The position numbers were made by a program, and so were the translations under genes. This document shows, piece after piece, positions 9,738-19,297 of a stretch of 64,000 bases of DNA. The stretch comes from Calditrichales bacterium (GTDB lineage: Bacteria; Calditrichota; Calditrichia; Calditrichales; J004): assembly GCA_965267575.1 (NCBI GenBank), contig OZ254086.1, positions 4,480,001 through 4,544,000 of the forward strand, read 5' to 3'. The notes below the pieces were generated by a model. The model saw nothing but the letters and a program-made list of their open reading frames with translations, did no database searches and was not told where the DNA came from. How positions within the stretch are numbered: position 1 is the first letter of the stretch; the number at the start of each line of letters is the position of its first letter.

Positions 9738-10526
9738 ATGAAAACATTATTTATATTTTTTTTTACACTTATTTTTATAATTATCTCAATTTCTATGATT
9801 TCGCAAGGTATCGATGACGGTTTTAACAATTACCTTGTTTTCGGAGGTGCATTTATATTAATAATAATGTTATTATTTCTGATCTATTTGCAGGTAAGCT
9901 CCAAAAAAATAACTGAAGCGATGTTTGAAAAGGCAGCTAGCATATCAGTTGAAGGCAAGCAAAATTTTAAAACCCCTAATCGTTATGAATTCCCCAAAAA
10001 GAATAATATCGTGGCTTATTCTTTTCTTTATGCTTTGATACTATCAATATTAGGATTCGTCCTTAGTATCATTTCGCCGTCAAATTTTGAGCAATTATTT
10101 TATTATCAGGAGGTTAGTATACTATTTCTTTTCGGAATTATTATTAGCGCTTTTGGTGTCATATTTAACCGAAATGAAACCGGATATATAATTTATGACG
10201 CAAATAATTTTATCCTTAATAATAAGTTTATCTTTGGAAATAACCTCGAATCTACATGGGCCGCTTTGGAGGAAATTAAATTACAACGATTACAAAACGA
10301 TTCTGCAAACATAGTACTAAAATTTAAAGACATGCCTTTAATTTCATTGGCTGAAAAAGCACCCTCTTTTAAACATTTTATTGCAGAAATGGCGGAGTAT
10401 TTAATAGCTAACTCATTTGAAAATAGAATTAATGAAGAATACGTAACTAATGACATTACCTCAGGGTTAGTTTCTTCGAACATTAAACTAAAAAATAGAC
10501 AAATTTTGAATTGGCTAAAAAAATAA
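9738..10526 (+). CDS. AT-rich hypothetical membrane protein (inserted gene)
   Basis: 262-aa ORF with four TM segments; markedly more AT-rich than its flanks. Confidence 0.7.
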   Translation: MKTLFIFFFTLIFIIISISMISQGIDDGFNNYLVFGGAFILIIMLLFLIYLQVSSKKITEAMFEKAASISVEGKQNFKTPNRYEFPKKNNIVAYSFLYALILSILGFVLSIISPSNFEQLFYYQEVSILFLFGIIISAFGVIFNRNETGYIIYDANNFILNNKFIFGNNLESTWAALEEIKLQRLQNDSANIVLKFKDMPLISLAEKAPSFKHFIAEMAEYLIANSFENRINEEYVTNDITSGLVSSNIKLKNRQILNWLKK

Positions 10527-10578
10527 AACGAAGGTATAGAAATGCTGCATTGTTGCAATAGAATCACGCTCTCCAACC

Positions 10579-11334
10579 TCATCCGTCAATCCAGCGTTTA
10601 AAATCTGCGGTGCGTTCGATGCTGACCAGCGCCTCAATCTTTTTGGGCTCCGGCGGCTGCAGGTCCAGCTTCATGCGCGAACGCGACCAGGCGTACATCT
10701 TGCGGATCGCTTTGATATTGATGATCATACGCCGGTTGATGCGGAAGAATTGCGCGGGGTCCAGCACCTCCATCAGCCCGTCCAGCGTGTAATCCACGGT
10801 CAGCGTTTCGTTTTTAAAGGTCACCAAAAAAACGCTTTTCTCCATGGCGTAAAAATAGGCGATCTCCTCCACCTCCACCTTTTGATGGATCTGCCCGTAG
10901 CGCACCAGGAAGCGTTTTTTATACTCCACGTCGCGGCGCTGCAGCATCTCCAGCAGCTGCCTGTAATCGGGTTGTTGCGCCGGGCGCAGCCGCTGGTATT
11001 TCTCCAGGCTTTCACGCAGCTCGTTGGCCCGGATCGGCTTGAGCAGGTAATCGATGCTGTTGACCTTGAAGGCACGGATGGCGTACTCCTCATAGGCGGT
11101 CGTAAAAATAACCGGGATAGCATCTTTTATATGCTGGAAAATGGAAAAACCCAACCCGTCGGAAAGCTGGATATCCAGGAACATCAGGTCCGGCGTATGG
11201 TCGCGCAGCCACTCCACGGCGTCGGCCACGGATTCCAGCTTTGCCATCACCCGCGCGTCGGGGCGCACCTCGTGGACCAGTTCCTCCAGCCTTTCCGCGG
11301 CCAGCGCTTCGTCTTCTATAATTACAATATTCAT
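10579..11334 (-). CDS. LytTR-family response regulator
   Basis: IIEDE receiver, FLDIQL, FTTAY, DYLLKP, FFRINR LytTR domain. Confidence 0.95.
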   Translation of the reverse strand: MNIVIIEDEALAAERLEELVHEVRPDARVMAKLESVADAVEWLRDHTPDLMFLDIQLSDGLGFSIFQHIKDAIPVIFTTAYEEYAIRAFKVNSIDYLLKPIRANELRESLEKYQRLRPAQQPDYRQLLEMLQRRDVEYKKRFLVRYGQIHQKVEVEEIAYFYAMEKSVFLVTFKNETLTVDYTLDGLMEVLDPAQFFRINRRMIINIKAIRKMYAWSRSRMKLDLQPPEPKKIEALVSIERTADFKRWIDG

Positions 11335-11335
11335 A

Positions 11336-12382
11336 TCAGTCCGATTGTATTAATGGCAATGTCACATTGTATTGGTTAGCAGTAATTTCTACGGCCGGTC
11401 CGCGCTCGGAGACGAGTTCGTAGCGGTTGCGCAGGTTTTCCAGCCCGATGCCGTGCTCTTTTTTAAGACGGCTTTTGGGCTGAATATTATTTTTAACCAA
11501 AAGCGCGTCGGCCCCGTTAAGGCTTTCGATACAAATGCGCAACGGTTTTTTGCGCGATGCCGTGTTATGCTTAAAGGCATTCTCCAATAAAATTTGCAAA
11601 GCCAGCGGCGGAATCAATAACGCCCTGTGCGCCTCGTTGACGGCTATATCAAATTGAAAGCCGTCTTCAAAACGCAGCTTTTGTAAAAACAGGTAGGCCT
11701 CGGCAAACTCAATCTCTTCGGCCAGCTTGATCACCGGCTTGTCGATCACATCCAGCGTGTAACGGTAGACAAAAGCAAAGGCGTCGATAAACTCCTGCGA
11801 ACGCTTCTGGTCTTTGCGGATCAGCGATGACAGTATGTTGAGACTGTTGAACAGGAAGTGCGGATCGAGCTGCTTTTTGAGCATCTCGAAGCGCATGTTG
11901 AGGTTTTCGCGCTCCAGGATTTCCGCGCGCAACTGGGCCTGGCGGTTGCGTGCTGAAAAGTTTAGCGCCTCGATGACGGTTATGCCCACCAGGTTCATCA
12001 CCCCGCCAATCAGCATATTGGAGATATAGACCTCGCCCAGCGGCTGCCTGTAACCAAAAAGCAGTTGCGAAATGGCGGTGAACAAAATCCCGGCCAGGAT
12101 GCCGCCTGAGACCGCCGCCGCCAGTTCCAGCCCGACGCGTTTACCGATCTCCCCTGTCCAGGGCATGCGCGCATCCAGCCGGCGGATAAAGCGTGCATCC
12201 AGCCACAACACCAACGCCAGCATAGGCGCGGTCATCAGCGTACCCAGGGCAAGCATCACGGCAAAATGCCCCAAACTTTTGATGACCACATAGCCGATAA
12301 AATGCTTGTAGACAATCAGAATAAACTGCAGCAAGGCCGAAGCCATGATGATCAGTGCGCTGTTTAGTGCTGTCTTTTTCAA
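11336..12382 (-). CDS. LytS-like sensor histidine kinase
   Basis: QLDPHFLFNSLN, LQILLENAFKH, GIGLENL; N-terminal TM helices. Confidence 0.93.
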   Translation of the reverse strand: MKKTALNSALIIMASALLQFILIVYKHFIGYVVIKSLGHFAVMLALGTLMTAPMLALVLWLDARFIRRLDARMPWTGEIGKRVGLELAAAVSGGILAGILFTAISQLLFGYRQPLGEVYISNMLIGGVMNLVGITVIEALNFSARNRQAQLRAEILERENLNMRFEMLKKQLDPHFLFNSLNILSSLIRKDQKRSQEFIDAFAFVYRYTLDVIDKPVIKLAEEIEFAEAYLFLQKLRFEDGFQFDIAVNEAHRALLIPPLALQILLENAFKHNTASRKKPLRICIESLNGADALLVKNNIQPKSRLKKEHGIGLENLRNRYELVSERGPAVEITANQYNVTLPLIQSD

Positions 12383-12523
12383 AACAAATTCCTTACGGGT
12401 TTAAGAAGAGCGTGCTTCTTTTGGTTATAAAGTTACAAAAACAAAACGCTTTGTTCGCCTCTAAATCGCTTTAAATAAAAACAGGCCGCCCCAAAGAGCG
12501 ACCTGCCCGTAGAAACATTCACC

Positions 12524-13141
12524 TTACATGATGTTGTATTTTAGACTGACACCCACCGAAGGCTTTTTCAGGAAACCATCGGAGGTCCCGATCAGGCGGA
12601 TGGGCGACGTGTTGCGCACGCTGCCGCTGATACCCATCCAGAAGTTACCGTATACGCGGTGCTGCACTTCCAGCGTCAGTTCCTGTACACCAAACGTCGT
12701 CTGGTCGATGATCTCTTCGGACCATACTTTTTCCTTGCGGTAGTCCTTATCGTACTGGTAGTAGGCGGTGCCCTGCCCGCTCATGAACATCAGCGACGTG
12801 GTCAAATGTTCGGACAAGCGGAAAATGCGTTCTACAAAAAAACCGCCATAGGATGTGTAGAGGTGGTAGGTACCGTCGTTGACCAGTTCGCTAAGCTCAT
12901 TATCATGACCAAGCGCGGTTCCGGTTAAACCGACCGTCCAGCGATCATTAAAAACCAGGCCGATGCGGGCATCGCCAAAAGCCGACGTTTGATCCAGCAC
13001 GGAAGAAGCACGCCCGGTCAGGTTTACGTACATACCTATCTCATTGTCGCCCCATGTCCATTTGCCGTTTTCGCCGGCTTCAAGGTTGCCCATTCCGGCC
13101 AGCCAGATCAATCCTGCAATTGCCAACAGATGCGTTCTCAT
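12524..13141 (-). CDS. Putative outer-membrane beta-barrel protein
   Basis: Signal peptide MRTHLLAIAG after aggag RBS; alternating beta-strand pattern, ends VGVSLKYNIM. Confidence 0.6.
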   Translation of the reverse strand: MRTHLLAIAGLIWLAGMGNLEAGENGKWTWGDNEIGMYVNLTGRASSVLDQTSAFGDARIGLVFNDRWTVGLTGTALGHDNELSELVNDGTYHLYTSYGGFFVERIFRLSEHLTTSLMFMSGQGTAYYQYDKDYRKEKVWSEEIIDQTTFGVQELTLEVQHRVYGNFWMGISGSVRNTSPIRLIGTSDGFLKKPSVGVSLKYNIM

Positions 13142-13229
13142 TTCTATCTCCTTTTGGTTTGAGTTAAGAGTGTTTTTCTGTGTGCGGAGACAATATGCGC
13201 AGGCTTTTGCGCTGGAAAAAAAAGAAGAC

Positions 13230-13259
13230 GATGAACGCGTATATAGGGAGGATGAACAC
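13230..13259 (-). promoter_or_regulatory. Putative LytTR binding site
   Basis: 9-bp direct repeat gatgaacgc/gatgaacac with 21-bp period upstream of 13141. Confidence 0.5.
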
Positions 13260-13353
13260 GGGGTGAGCACGGATGGGAGGGTTAATGGCGGTGAGTAGCA
13301 TTTAGAAAATTAAAATTATATAATAAGATTAATTCGAAAACTGAAAATATGAA

Positions 13354-13798
13354 TCTCGCGAAGACGCAAAGATCGCAAAGATGGATGAGAACAGCATAGG
13401 CAAAGAAATTGTGGACGCTGCTATTATGGTCCATCGTGAACTTGGTCCGGGGTTGTTGGAGACGGTCTACGAGGTCGTACTTCTGGATGAGATCCGGAAG
13501 CGGGGCTTACGCGCGGAACGCCAGGTGCCAATTGCCATTGTATGCCGGGGCGTGCGTTTCGAGGAAGGCTTCCGGGCTGACATCATTGTCGAGAACAAGG
13601 TGATCATCGAGCTGAAGTCCGTTGAGAGGATCAACAATGCTCACAAGAAGCAACTTCTGACCTACCTTAAACTCACCGGCATGAAGCTCGGTTACCTGCT
13701 GAACTTCGGTGAGGACTTGATGAAGCGCGGCATCACACGTACCGTCAACGGTCTACCTGAATGAGAGAGTAGGTGGCGATCTTCGCGGCTTGGCAAGA
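13354..13798 (+). mobile_element. GxxExxY gene unit 1 bracketed by 27-bp imperfect inverted repeats
   Basis: Left tctcgcgaagacgcaaagatcgcaaag (13354-13380); degenerate right ggtggcgatcttcgcggcttggcaaga (13772-13798). Confidence 0.55.
13381..13764 (+). CDS. GxxExxY protein (PD-(D/E)XK nuclease-like), copy 1
   Basis: GPGLLETVYE, RADIIVE, IIELKS, QLLTYLK, LLNFG. Confidence 0.95.
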   Translation: MDENSIGKEIVDAAIMVHRELGPGLLETVYEVVLLDEIRKRGLRAERQVPIAIVCRGVRFEEGFRADIIVENKVIIELKSVERINNAHKKQLLTYLKLTGMKLGYLLNFGEDLMKRGITRTVNGLPE

Positions 13799-13935
13799 GA
13801 AAGCCAGCATTCGAACCAACCCTGTGCTCTGCCATTGGTAATGGCATCGTTAGAAACAGTTTTGATACGTTCAGGTTTTTGTATTTTTCTTTAAGGCTAT
13901 AGAAAAAATAGTGATTCAAAAATAAAAGAAACGAA

Positions 13936-14380
13936 CCTCGCAAAGACGCAAAGATCGCAAAGATGGATGAGAACAGCATAGGCAAAGAAATTGTGGACGC
14001 TGCTATTATAGTCCATCGTGAACTTGGCCCGGGGTTGTTGGAGACGGTTTACGAGGTCGTTCTTCTGGATGAGCTTCGAAAACGGGGCTTACACGCGGAG
14101 CGCCAGGTGCCCATTGCAATTGTGTGCCGGGGCGTGCGTTTCGACGAAGGCTTCCGGGCTGACATCATTGTCGAGAACAAGGTGATCATCGAGCTGAAGT
14201 CCGTTGAGCGGATCAACAATGCTCACAAGAAGCAACTTCTGACCTACCTTAAACTCACCGGCATGAAGCTCGGTTACCTGCTGAACTTCGGTGAGGACTT
14301 GATGAAGCGCGGCATAACCCGTACAGTCAACGATCTGCCCGAATAAGAGATTTCTTGGCGTTCTCAGCGTCTTTGCGAGA
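13936..14380 (+). mobile_element. GxxExxY gene unit 2 bracketed by 27-bp imperfect inverted repeats
   Basis: Left cctcgcaaagacgcaaagatcgcaaag (13936-13962); right cttggcgttctcagcgtctttgcgaga (14354-14380). Confidence 0.6.
13963..14346 (+). CDS. GxxExxY protein, copy 2
   Basis: Differs from copy 1 at 5 of 127 residues. Confidence 0.95.
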   Translation: MDENSIGKEIVDAAIIVHRELGPGLLETVYEVVLLDELRKRGLHAERQVPIAIVCRGVRFDEGFRADIIVENKVIIELKSVERINNAHKKQLLTYLKLTGMKLGYLLNFGEDLMKRGITRTVNDLPE

Positions 14381-14463
14381 GAGAGCGCAAGATGAAACCT
14401 CCCTTCTCGTTTTACATCGGTCTCGATCTGTTTTATGTTGTGCGGGTAAAGAGAGGAGGTTTT

Positions 14464-14928
14464 ATGGTCGCGGAAGGAACGCTGGCCGTCACAGTAACAT
14501 TTGTTTTGGCCATCATCGGCTACATCGGTATGACGGCCACGCTGATTCGCACAAATTTAAAAAATCTGCCGCGCGGCTTCTGGATCGCCACCGTGGCAAT
14601 AATTATCATCCACGTTTTTATGATCTGGCATGTACGCTACGGCTGGGAATTCGGGCTGGCCGTGCGCAACGGCTATGGCGGATTCGTTGTATTTCACACA
14701 GCGTTTTTGCTTATCGTCGGCTCGGTTTTTACCAGTGATATCATTTCCCGCCGGTTGCTGCACATTTCTTTTATTATCGTAACCGCCGGGGCGACAGGCG
14801 CCGTTTTTATTTACGACGCCGTCTCCATTTATCGGATACCGGTAATTATATGCGGGGTAGCCGGCGTTGGTGTTCTCATTTACACTTATGCTGTCCCAAA
14901 CCATAAGAAAAATCTTCCCAATACATAA
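14464..14928 (+). CDS. Hypothetical membrane protein
   Basis: ATG at 14464 after aggaggt; five hydrophobic helices, several containing His. Confidence 0.65.
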   Translation: MVAEGTLAVTVTFVLAIIGYIGMTATLIRTNLKNLPRGFWIATVAIIIIHVFMIWHVRYGWEFGLAVRNGYGGFVVFHTAFLLIVGSVFTSDIISRRLLHISFIIVTAGATGAVFIYDAVSIYRIPVIICGVAGVGVLIYTYAVPNHKKNLPNT

Positions 14929-14934
14929 AAATAT

Positions 14935-14956
14935 TAAAAGACCTTCTTGTCTTTTA
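14935..14956. promoter_or_regulatory. Putative Rrf2-family operator
   Basis: Perfect 8-6-8 inverted repeat taaaagac-cttctt-gtctttta upstream of the ric-Rrf2 pair. Confidence 0.6.
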
Positions 14957-15019
14957 TTCTAATTTTGCGTATACTCTCTTCGTCTTAAATGAAGAAATCA
15001 AACAGGAAGGACTTTTAAA

Positions 15020-15778
15020 ATGGAACTTAAAACAAAAGAATACAGCGAACGCCCGGTGGGCGAATTGGTAAGCGAAGATTACCGTCGCGCCGATATATTT
15101 AAAGCCAATGGCATCGACTTTTGCTGCGGCGGAAAAAAAAGCGTTCAACAGGCCTGCGAAGAAAACGGTGTGGATCCGCAACATATTGTGAACGCGCTGA
15201 ACGATTTGTCGGTGCAGCCGACAGGACCGCGCCAGGATTTTCGCAAATGGGAACTGGACTTCACCTGCGATTACATCGTCAACACGCACCACGCCTACGT
15301 TAATGAAGCTATAACCCAAATTAAGCAATACACAGAAAAAGTGGCCAAAGTGCATGGAGGCAATAACCCGGAACTGCTGGAAGTCCGTGACGCCTTTGAA
15401 ACGCTTGCCGGTGAAATGACCGCGCATATGAAAAAAGAAGAACTGATCCTTTTCCCGCAGATCAAAAAGATGGTTGCGGCTAAAAAGCAGGGTCAACGCA
15501 TAAGCCGCCCGCCTTTTGGCAGCATCAACAACCCCATCAACGCCATGGAAGCCGAACATGAAGGTGCCGGCAACCTCATCGCCGATATCCGCAGGCTGAC
15601 CAATGACTTTACACCACCGGCACATGCCTGCGCCACCTATCGTGTATCGTTCGCCAGCCTGCAGCAGTTCGAGGAAGACCTGCACCGCCACGTGCACCTG
15701 GAGAACAACATCCTCTTCCCTGCCGCGCTCAAGCTGGAAGCGGAACTGTTTGGCGATGACAATAAAGGTCAAAACTAA
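15020..15778 (+). CDS. ric: Iron-sulfur cluster repair di-iron protein
   Basis: IDFCCGG ScdA N-domain; HHAY, HMKKEELILFP, EHE, HVHLENNILFP hemerythrin motifs. Confidence 0.95.
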   Translation: MELKTKEYSERPVGELVSEDYRRADIFKANGIDFCCGGKKSVQQACEENGVDPQHIVNALNDLSVQPTGPRQDFRKWELDFTCDYIVNTHHAYVNEAITQIKQYTEKVAKVHGGNNPELLEVRDAFETLAGEMTAHMKKEELILFPQIKKMVAAKKQGQRISRPPFGSINNPINAMEAEHEGAGNLIADIRRLTNDFTPPAHACATYRVSFASLQQFEEDLHRHVHLENNILFPAALKLEAELFGDDNKGQN

Positions 15779-16206
15779 TGCTTTCGCGCAGCTGCGAATA
15801 TGCCATCCGCTCCGTCCTGTATGTGGCCAGCCGCGCCGGGGTTCGCACCGGCATCAAAGAGATGTCCGGCGCTTTGGATATCCCGGAACATTTTTTGGGG
15901 AAAATCCTGCAAAACCTCACCCGCCACGGTCTGCTTTCCTCCGCTAAGGGGCCCAACGGCGGTTTTTACCTGACGCCCGAACAATCCCAAAACCCGCTGA
16001 TACGGATTGTTGAAATCGTCGATGGTTTGCAGGCTTTCAGCCGTTGCGGGTTGGGACTAAACAATTGTTCCTCTGAACGTCCCTGCCCGCTGCATTTTGA
16101 ATTTGCCCCCTACCGCGACGGCCTGGAAAACGCGCTGCGCAATCATACCGTGGAAAACACCGTGGGCGCCCTGCGTAACGGCGAGGCGTTCCTGGTTTCA
16201 TTGTGA
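15778..16206 (+). CDS. Rrf2-family transcriptional regulator with three C-terminal Cys
   Basis: CEYAIR, SAKGPNGGF, CGLGLNNCSSERPCPLH; TAATG overlap with ric. Confidence 0.92.
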   Translation: MLSRSCEYAIRSVLYVASRAGVRTGIKEMSGALDIPEHFLGKILQNLTRHGLLSSAKGPNGGFYLTPEQSQNPLIRIVEIVDGLQAFSRCGLGLNNCSSERPCPLHFEFAPYRDGLENALRNHTVENTVGALRNGEAFLVSL

Positions 16207-16320
16207 ATAAGGAATGAGTGAATTAATAACTGAATTGTTGAATTGCGGATGAGACGGATTTCCGAAATCACAAAATCATACAATCACGCGAATCACAGTT
16301 CAGACAAGAGGAATTGAAAA

Positions 16321-16713
16321 ATGTACAAAGAAAAAAACAAACCGCTGGTTTACTCCTGCTCCGGTTGCTCATCGGCGGCGCAGATGGCCAACTATATTGC
16401 CGTCAACATGGATCGCCGGGAATTGGCGGAAATGTCCTGTATTGCCGGCGTGGGCGGTGACGTAAAGCCTCTGGTACGCACGGCCATCTCGGGGCGAGAT
16501 ATCATTGCCATTGACGGCTGCCCACTGGCCTGTGTAAAAAACACCCTGGCCCGGTACAACGTTGAACCGGCAAAACATTTCCTGCTCAACGAAATGGGCA
16601 TCAAAAAAATACAGCACGGTGATTTTGACAGGGATGAAGCAGAAGAGATACTGGCAAGCATTGCCGAAGCGTGCGAGCTTGAGACAGAACAAAACAGTCC
16701 GGTGGAATTATAA
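16321..16713 (+). CDS. DGC-domain putative zinc-binding protein
   Basis: YSCSGCSSAAQ, SCIAGVGG, IDGCPLAC. Confidence 0.9.
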   Translation: MYKEKNKPLVYSCSGCSSAAQMANYIAVNMDRRELAEMSCIAGVGGDVKPLVRTAISGRDIIAIDGCPLACVKNTLARYNVEPAKHFLLNEMGIKKIQHGDFDRDEAEEILASIAEACELETEQNSPVEL

Positions 16714-16807
16714 CACCTTAACACACGAACACTTTAACACACCCCATTAATGCGTCACAAGCGGAAGAATGGTCTGACGTCCTCACCTTCTTCCGCTTTT
16801 TTATTTT
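16712..16807 (+). repeat. ~95-bp direct repeat copy 1 containing an intrinsic terminator
   Basis: aacaccttaacac...ttaatgcgtc..aagcggaagaa...ttcttccgcttttt; second copy at 21735-21828. Confidence 0.85.
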
Positions 16808-16891
16808 CCTCTTTTTTCTGCAAAAAACCTCCTTTTTCTCTTGCAAGCTCAAAAAAAGTTGTTAAATTTAACTTCTGTTATACATAGTTAA

Positions 16892-16910
16892 CATTTAGCA
16901 AAACTAAATG
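16892..16910. promoter_or_regulatory. Putative metal-repressor (DtxR/Fur-type) operator
   Basis: Perfect 7-5-7 palindrome catttag-caaaa-ctaaatg 11 bp upstream of the TonB receptor ATG. Confidence 0.45.
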
Positions 16911-16921
16911 ACAGCAGTTAA

Positions 16922-19276
16922 ATGATTAGGTCATTCGTATATAGCATAATACCGGCGTTCCTGATAGCGGGTGGTTTACTTTACGCGCAGGGCAATCGTA
17001 CAGACATTAAAGGGACTGTAACCGATGCCGGAGGCGATTTACTTTCCGGTGTGGTCGTTTTTCTTGAAGGGACACAACTGGGCGCCACAAGCGAGGACGG
17101 CTTTTACTCTATTAAAGATGTTCCCGCCGGAAAATACCAGCTGGTCATTTACGGGATCGGCTATCAAAAACAAACTCACCCAATTACAATCAAAGCAGAT
17201 GCAGGCCTTGTCTTTAATACTGTTTTGCAAGATGATCTGCTTGAAACCGAAAACATTGTTGTTGAAGGAAAATCACTAAGCGAAGAGCTTAAAGAGACCG
17301 GCTACTCCATATCCATCATCGAAAGCAAGCAGGCAAAAAACTTTTCCAGGGATGTAAACCAACTGCTTAAGACGACGCCCGGTATTCACATCCGCGAAAC
17401 GGGTGGATTGGGCTCCGGATTCAAGCTTTCGCTTAACGGCCTGTCCGGCAACCAGGTACGCTACTTTATCGACGGCATTCCCATGGAGAACTTCGGTTCT
17501 TCCCTTTCGCTCAACAACTATCCCGTTAACCTGATTGATAAACTGGAAATCTACAAGGGCGTTGTACCCGTCTCGCTGGGGGCCGATGCACTGGGTGGCG
17601 CGGTAAACATTGTAACCGATCACCGCCAGAAAACCTTTTTGGATGCCAGCTATTCATACGGCTCATTCAATACACATCGCACCTCGCTTAACGGGCAATA
17701 CGCCAATAACAAGCACGGCTTTTTCCTTAAAACGTCTTCCTTTTTCAACCATTCGGAAAACGATTACCGCATGATAAACGTGCCGGTGTACGATCTGGAG
17801 CTGGGCAATTATTTGGGTACAACCAACACCCGGCGCTTTCATGATGACTACACCTCTTTCATGCTGCAGGCTGAAGCCGGACTGGTCAACAAGAAATTCG
17901 CCGACAGCTGGTCCATTGGCGTTACCGGCGCCGCGGCCCGTAAAAATTATCAGCACCCGGATAATAACATTAAGCGCATTTTTGGCCATTTCCACACCAA
18001 AAACAGGACGCTTCTCTTTTCCAGCACATACAAAAAGAAATTCGCGGATATTGATCTGAAAGCTCATTTGGTAACTGGTGCCGTCCGGGAGAGTGTAATC
18101 GATACGGGCAGCGCCAAATACAACTGGGCCGGGGATTTCATCAGGCGCTCGGCGGATGACCCCAAGGGCGAGCTGCTGGAAAGACGCTCCTACCTGGAGC
18201 TTTCGGACCGCATTCTGAGAAGCAGCCTCAACGCGGAATACACATTGAACAGGCACAATAAAATCAATTTGAGCGCCAACCAAAACTACCTGAAAAGAAG
18301 TGGTCAGGATAAAGTTGATCCGCTGAATCAATCATACCGGTCGCCCAACTATATCCACAAGAATCTTCTGGGCCTGGCTTACAGCTATCTCAACGCCGCC
18401 CAAAATTTCGAAGCCACACTTTTTGGAAAGCAATACTGGTATTCCGGCAAGATCGTCACGCATGACTACGAAGACAATCGGATTGTAACTGAACCGCGAT
18501 TAATGCGCAGCGGGTATGGGCTGGCCCTGTCCTTGCATCTATTTCCCAACTGGCAGATCAAGTCTTCTTTTGAAAAGGCCTACCGCATACCGGAGAGCTT
18601 TGAGATTCTTGGCGACGGCATTTACGTGCAAGCCAATGCCGCCCTGCAGCCGGAGCAAAGCCACAATCTGAATCTCGGCTCCCGCTTTAACACGCATGCT
18701 TCAGGGCTGGATGTCCAGACGGAGGTCAACCTGTTTGCGCGTTTCTCGGGCGACTTTATCCGCTTTTTACCGCTTGGTCCGTTTGGCCAGTACGAAAACC
18801 TGAGCAACGTGCGCACGGAAGGTGTCGAAGCTTTTCTCGGGCTGAACTACAACAATCTTGTTTCACTGAACGGCAACGTTACATACCAGAATATTACGGA
18901 CAGGACAAAATTTGATGAAGGCCTGCCTAACGCGAACTATACAAGCCGTGTGCCCAATATTCCCTATCTGTTTGGCAACATGCGGCTTGGCTTTAGCCCC
19001 TGGAACAGCGGCGCCAACACCTGGCACTTTTACTGGAGCCTGCGCTATGTTCATGAATTTTTCCTTACCTGGGAAAACCTGGGTAACCGCGAAGACAAAA
19101 ACATTATCCCTTCGCAACTTACGCATGATTTACAGGCGGAGTACTCCATCATGGAAGGCAGATACAACGTCTCGCTTACAGTCAGCAATGTTACAGATGA
19201 ACTGGTTTACGACAACTTCAACATTCAGAAGCCCGGTAGATCAGTCAATTTTAAAATCAGATACTTTATCAAATAA
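16922..19276 (+). CDS. TonB-dependent receptor (probable iron uptake)
   Basis: Signal peptide, CarboxypepD-like N-domain, plug (YFIDGIP, IYKGVVP, GGAVNIVT), C-terminal QKPGRSVNFKIRYFI. Confidence 0.93.
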   Translation: MIRSFVYSIIPAFLIAGGLLYAQGNRTDIKGTVTDAGGDLLSGVVVFLEGTQLGATSEDGFYSIKDVPAGKYQLVIYGIGYQKQTHPITIKADAGLVFNTVLQDDLLETENIVVEGKSLSEELKETGYSISIIESKQAKNFSRDVNQLLKTTPGIHIRETGGLGSGFKLSLNGLSGNQVRYFIDGIPMENFGSSLSLNNYPVNLIDKLEIYKGVVPVSLGADALGGAVNIVTDHRQKTFLDASYSYGSFNTHRTSLNGQYANNKHGFFLKTSSFFNHSENDYRMINVPVYDLELGNYLGTTNTRRFHDDYTSFMLQAEAGLVNKKFADSWSIGVTGAAARKNYQHPDNNIKRIFGHFHTKNRTLLFSSTYKKKFADIDLKAHLVTGAVRESVIDTGSAKYNWAGDFIRRSADDPKGELLERRSYLELSDRILRSSLNAEYTLNRHNKINLSANQNYLKRSGQDKVDPLNQSYRSPNYIHKNLLGLAYSYLNAAQNFEATLFGKQYWYSGKIVTHDYEDNRIVTEPRLMRSGYGLALSLHLFPNWQIKSSFEKAYRIPESFEILGDGIYVQANAALQPEQSHNLNLGSRFNTHASGLDVQTEVNLFARFSGDFIRFLPLGPFGQYENLSNVRTEGVEAFLGLNYNNLVSLNGNVTYQNITDRTKFDEGLPNANYTSRVPNIPYLFGNMRLGFSPWNSGANTWHFYWSLRYVHEFFLTWENLGNREDKNIIPSQLTHDLQAEYSIMEGRYNVSLTVSNVTDELVYDNFNIQKPGRSVNFKIRYFIK

Positions 19277-19297
19277 CCATCACACACGGAGGCTTTT

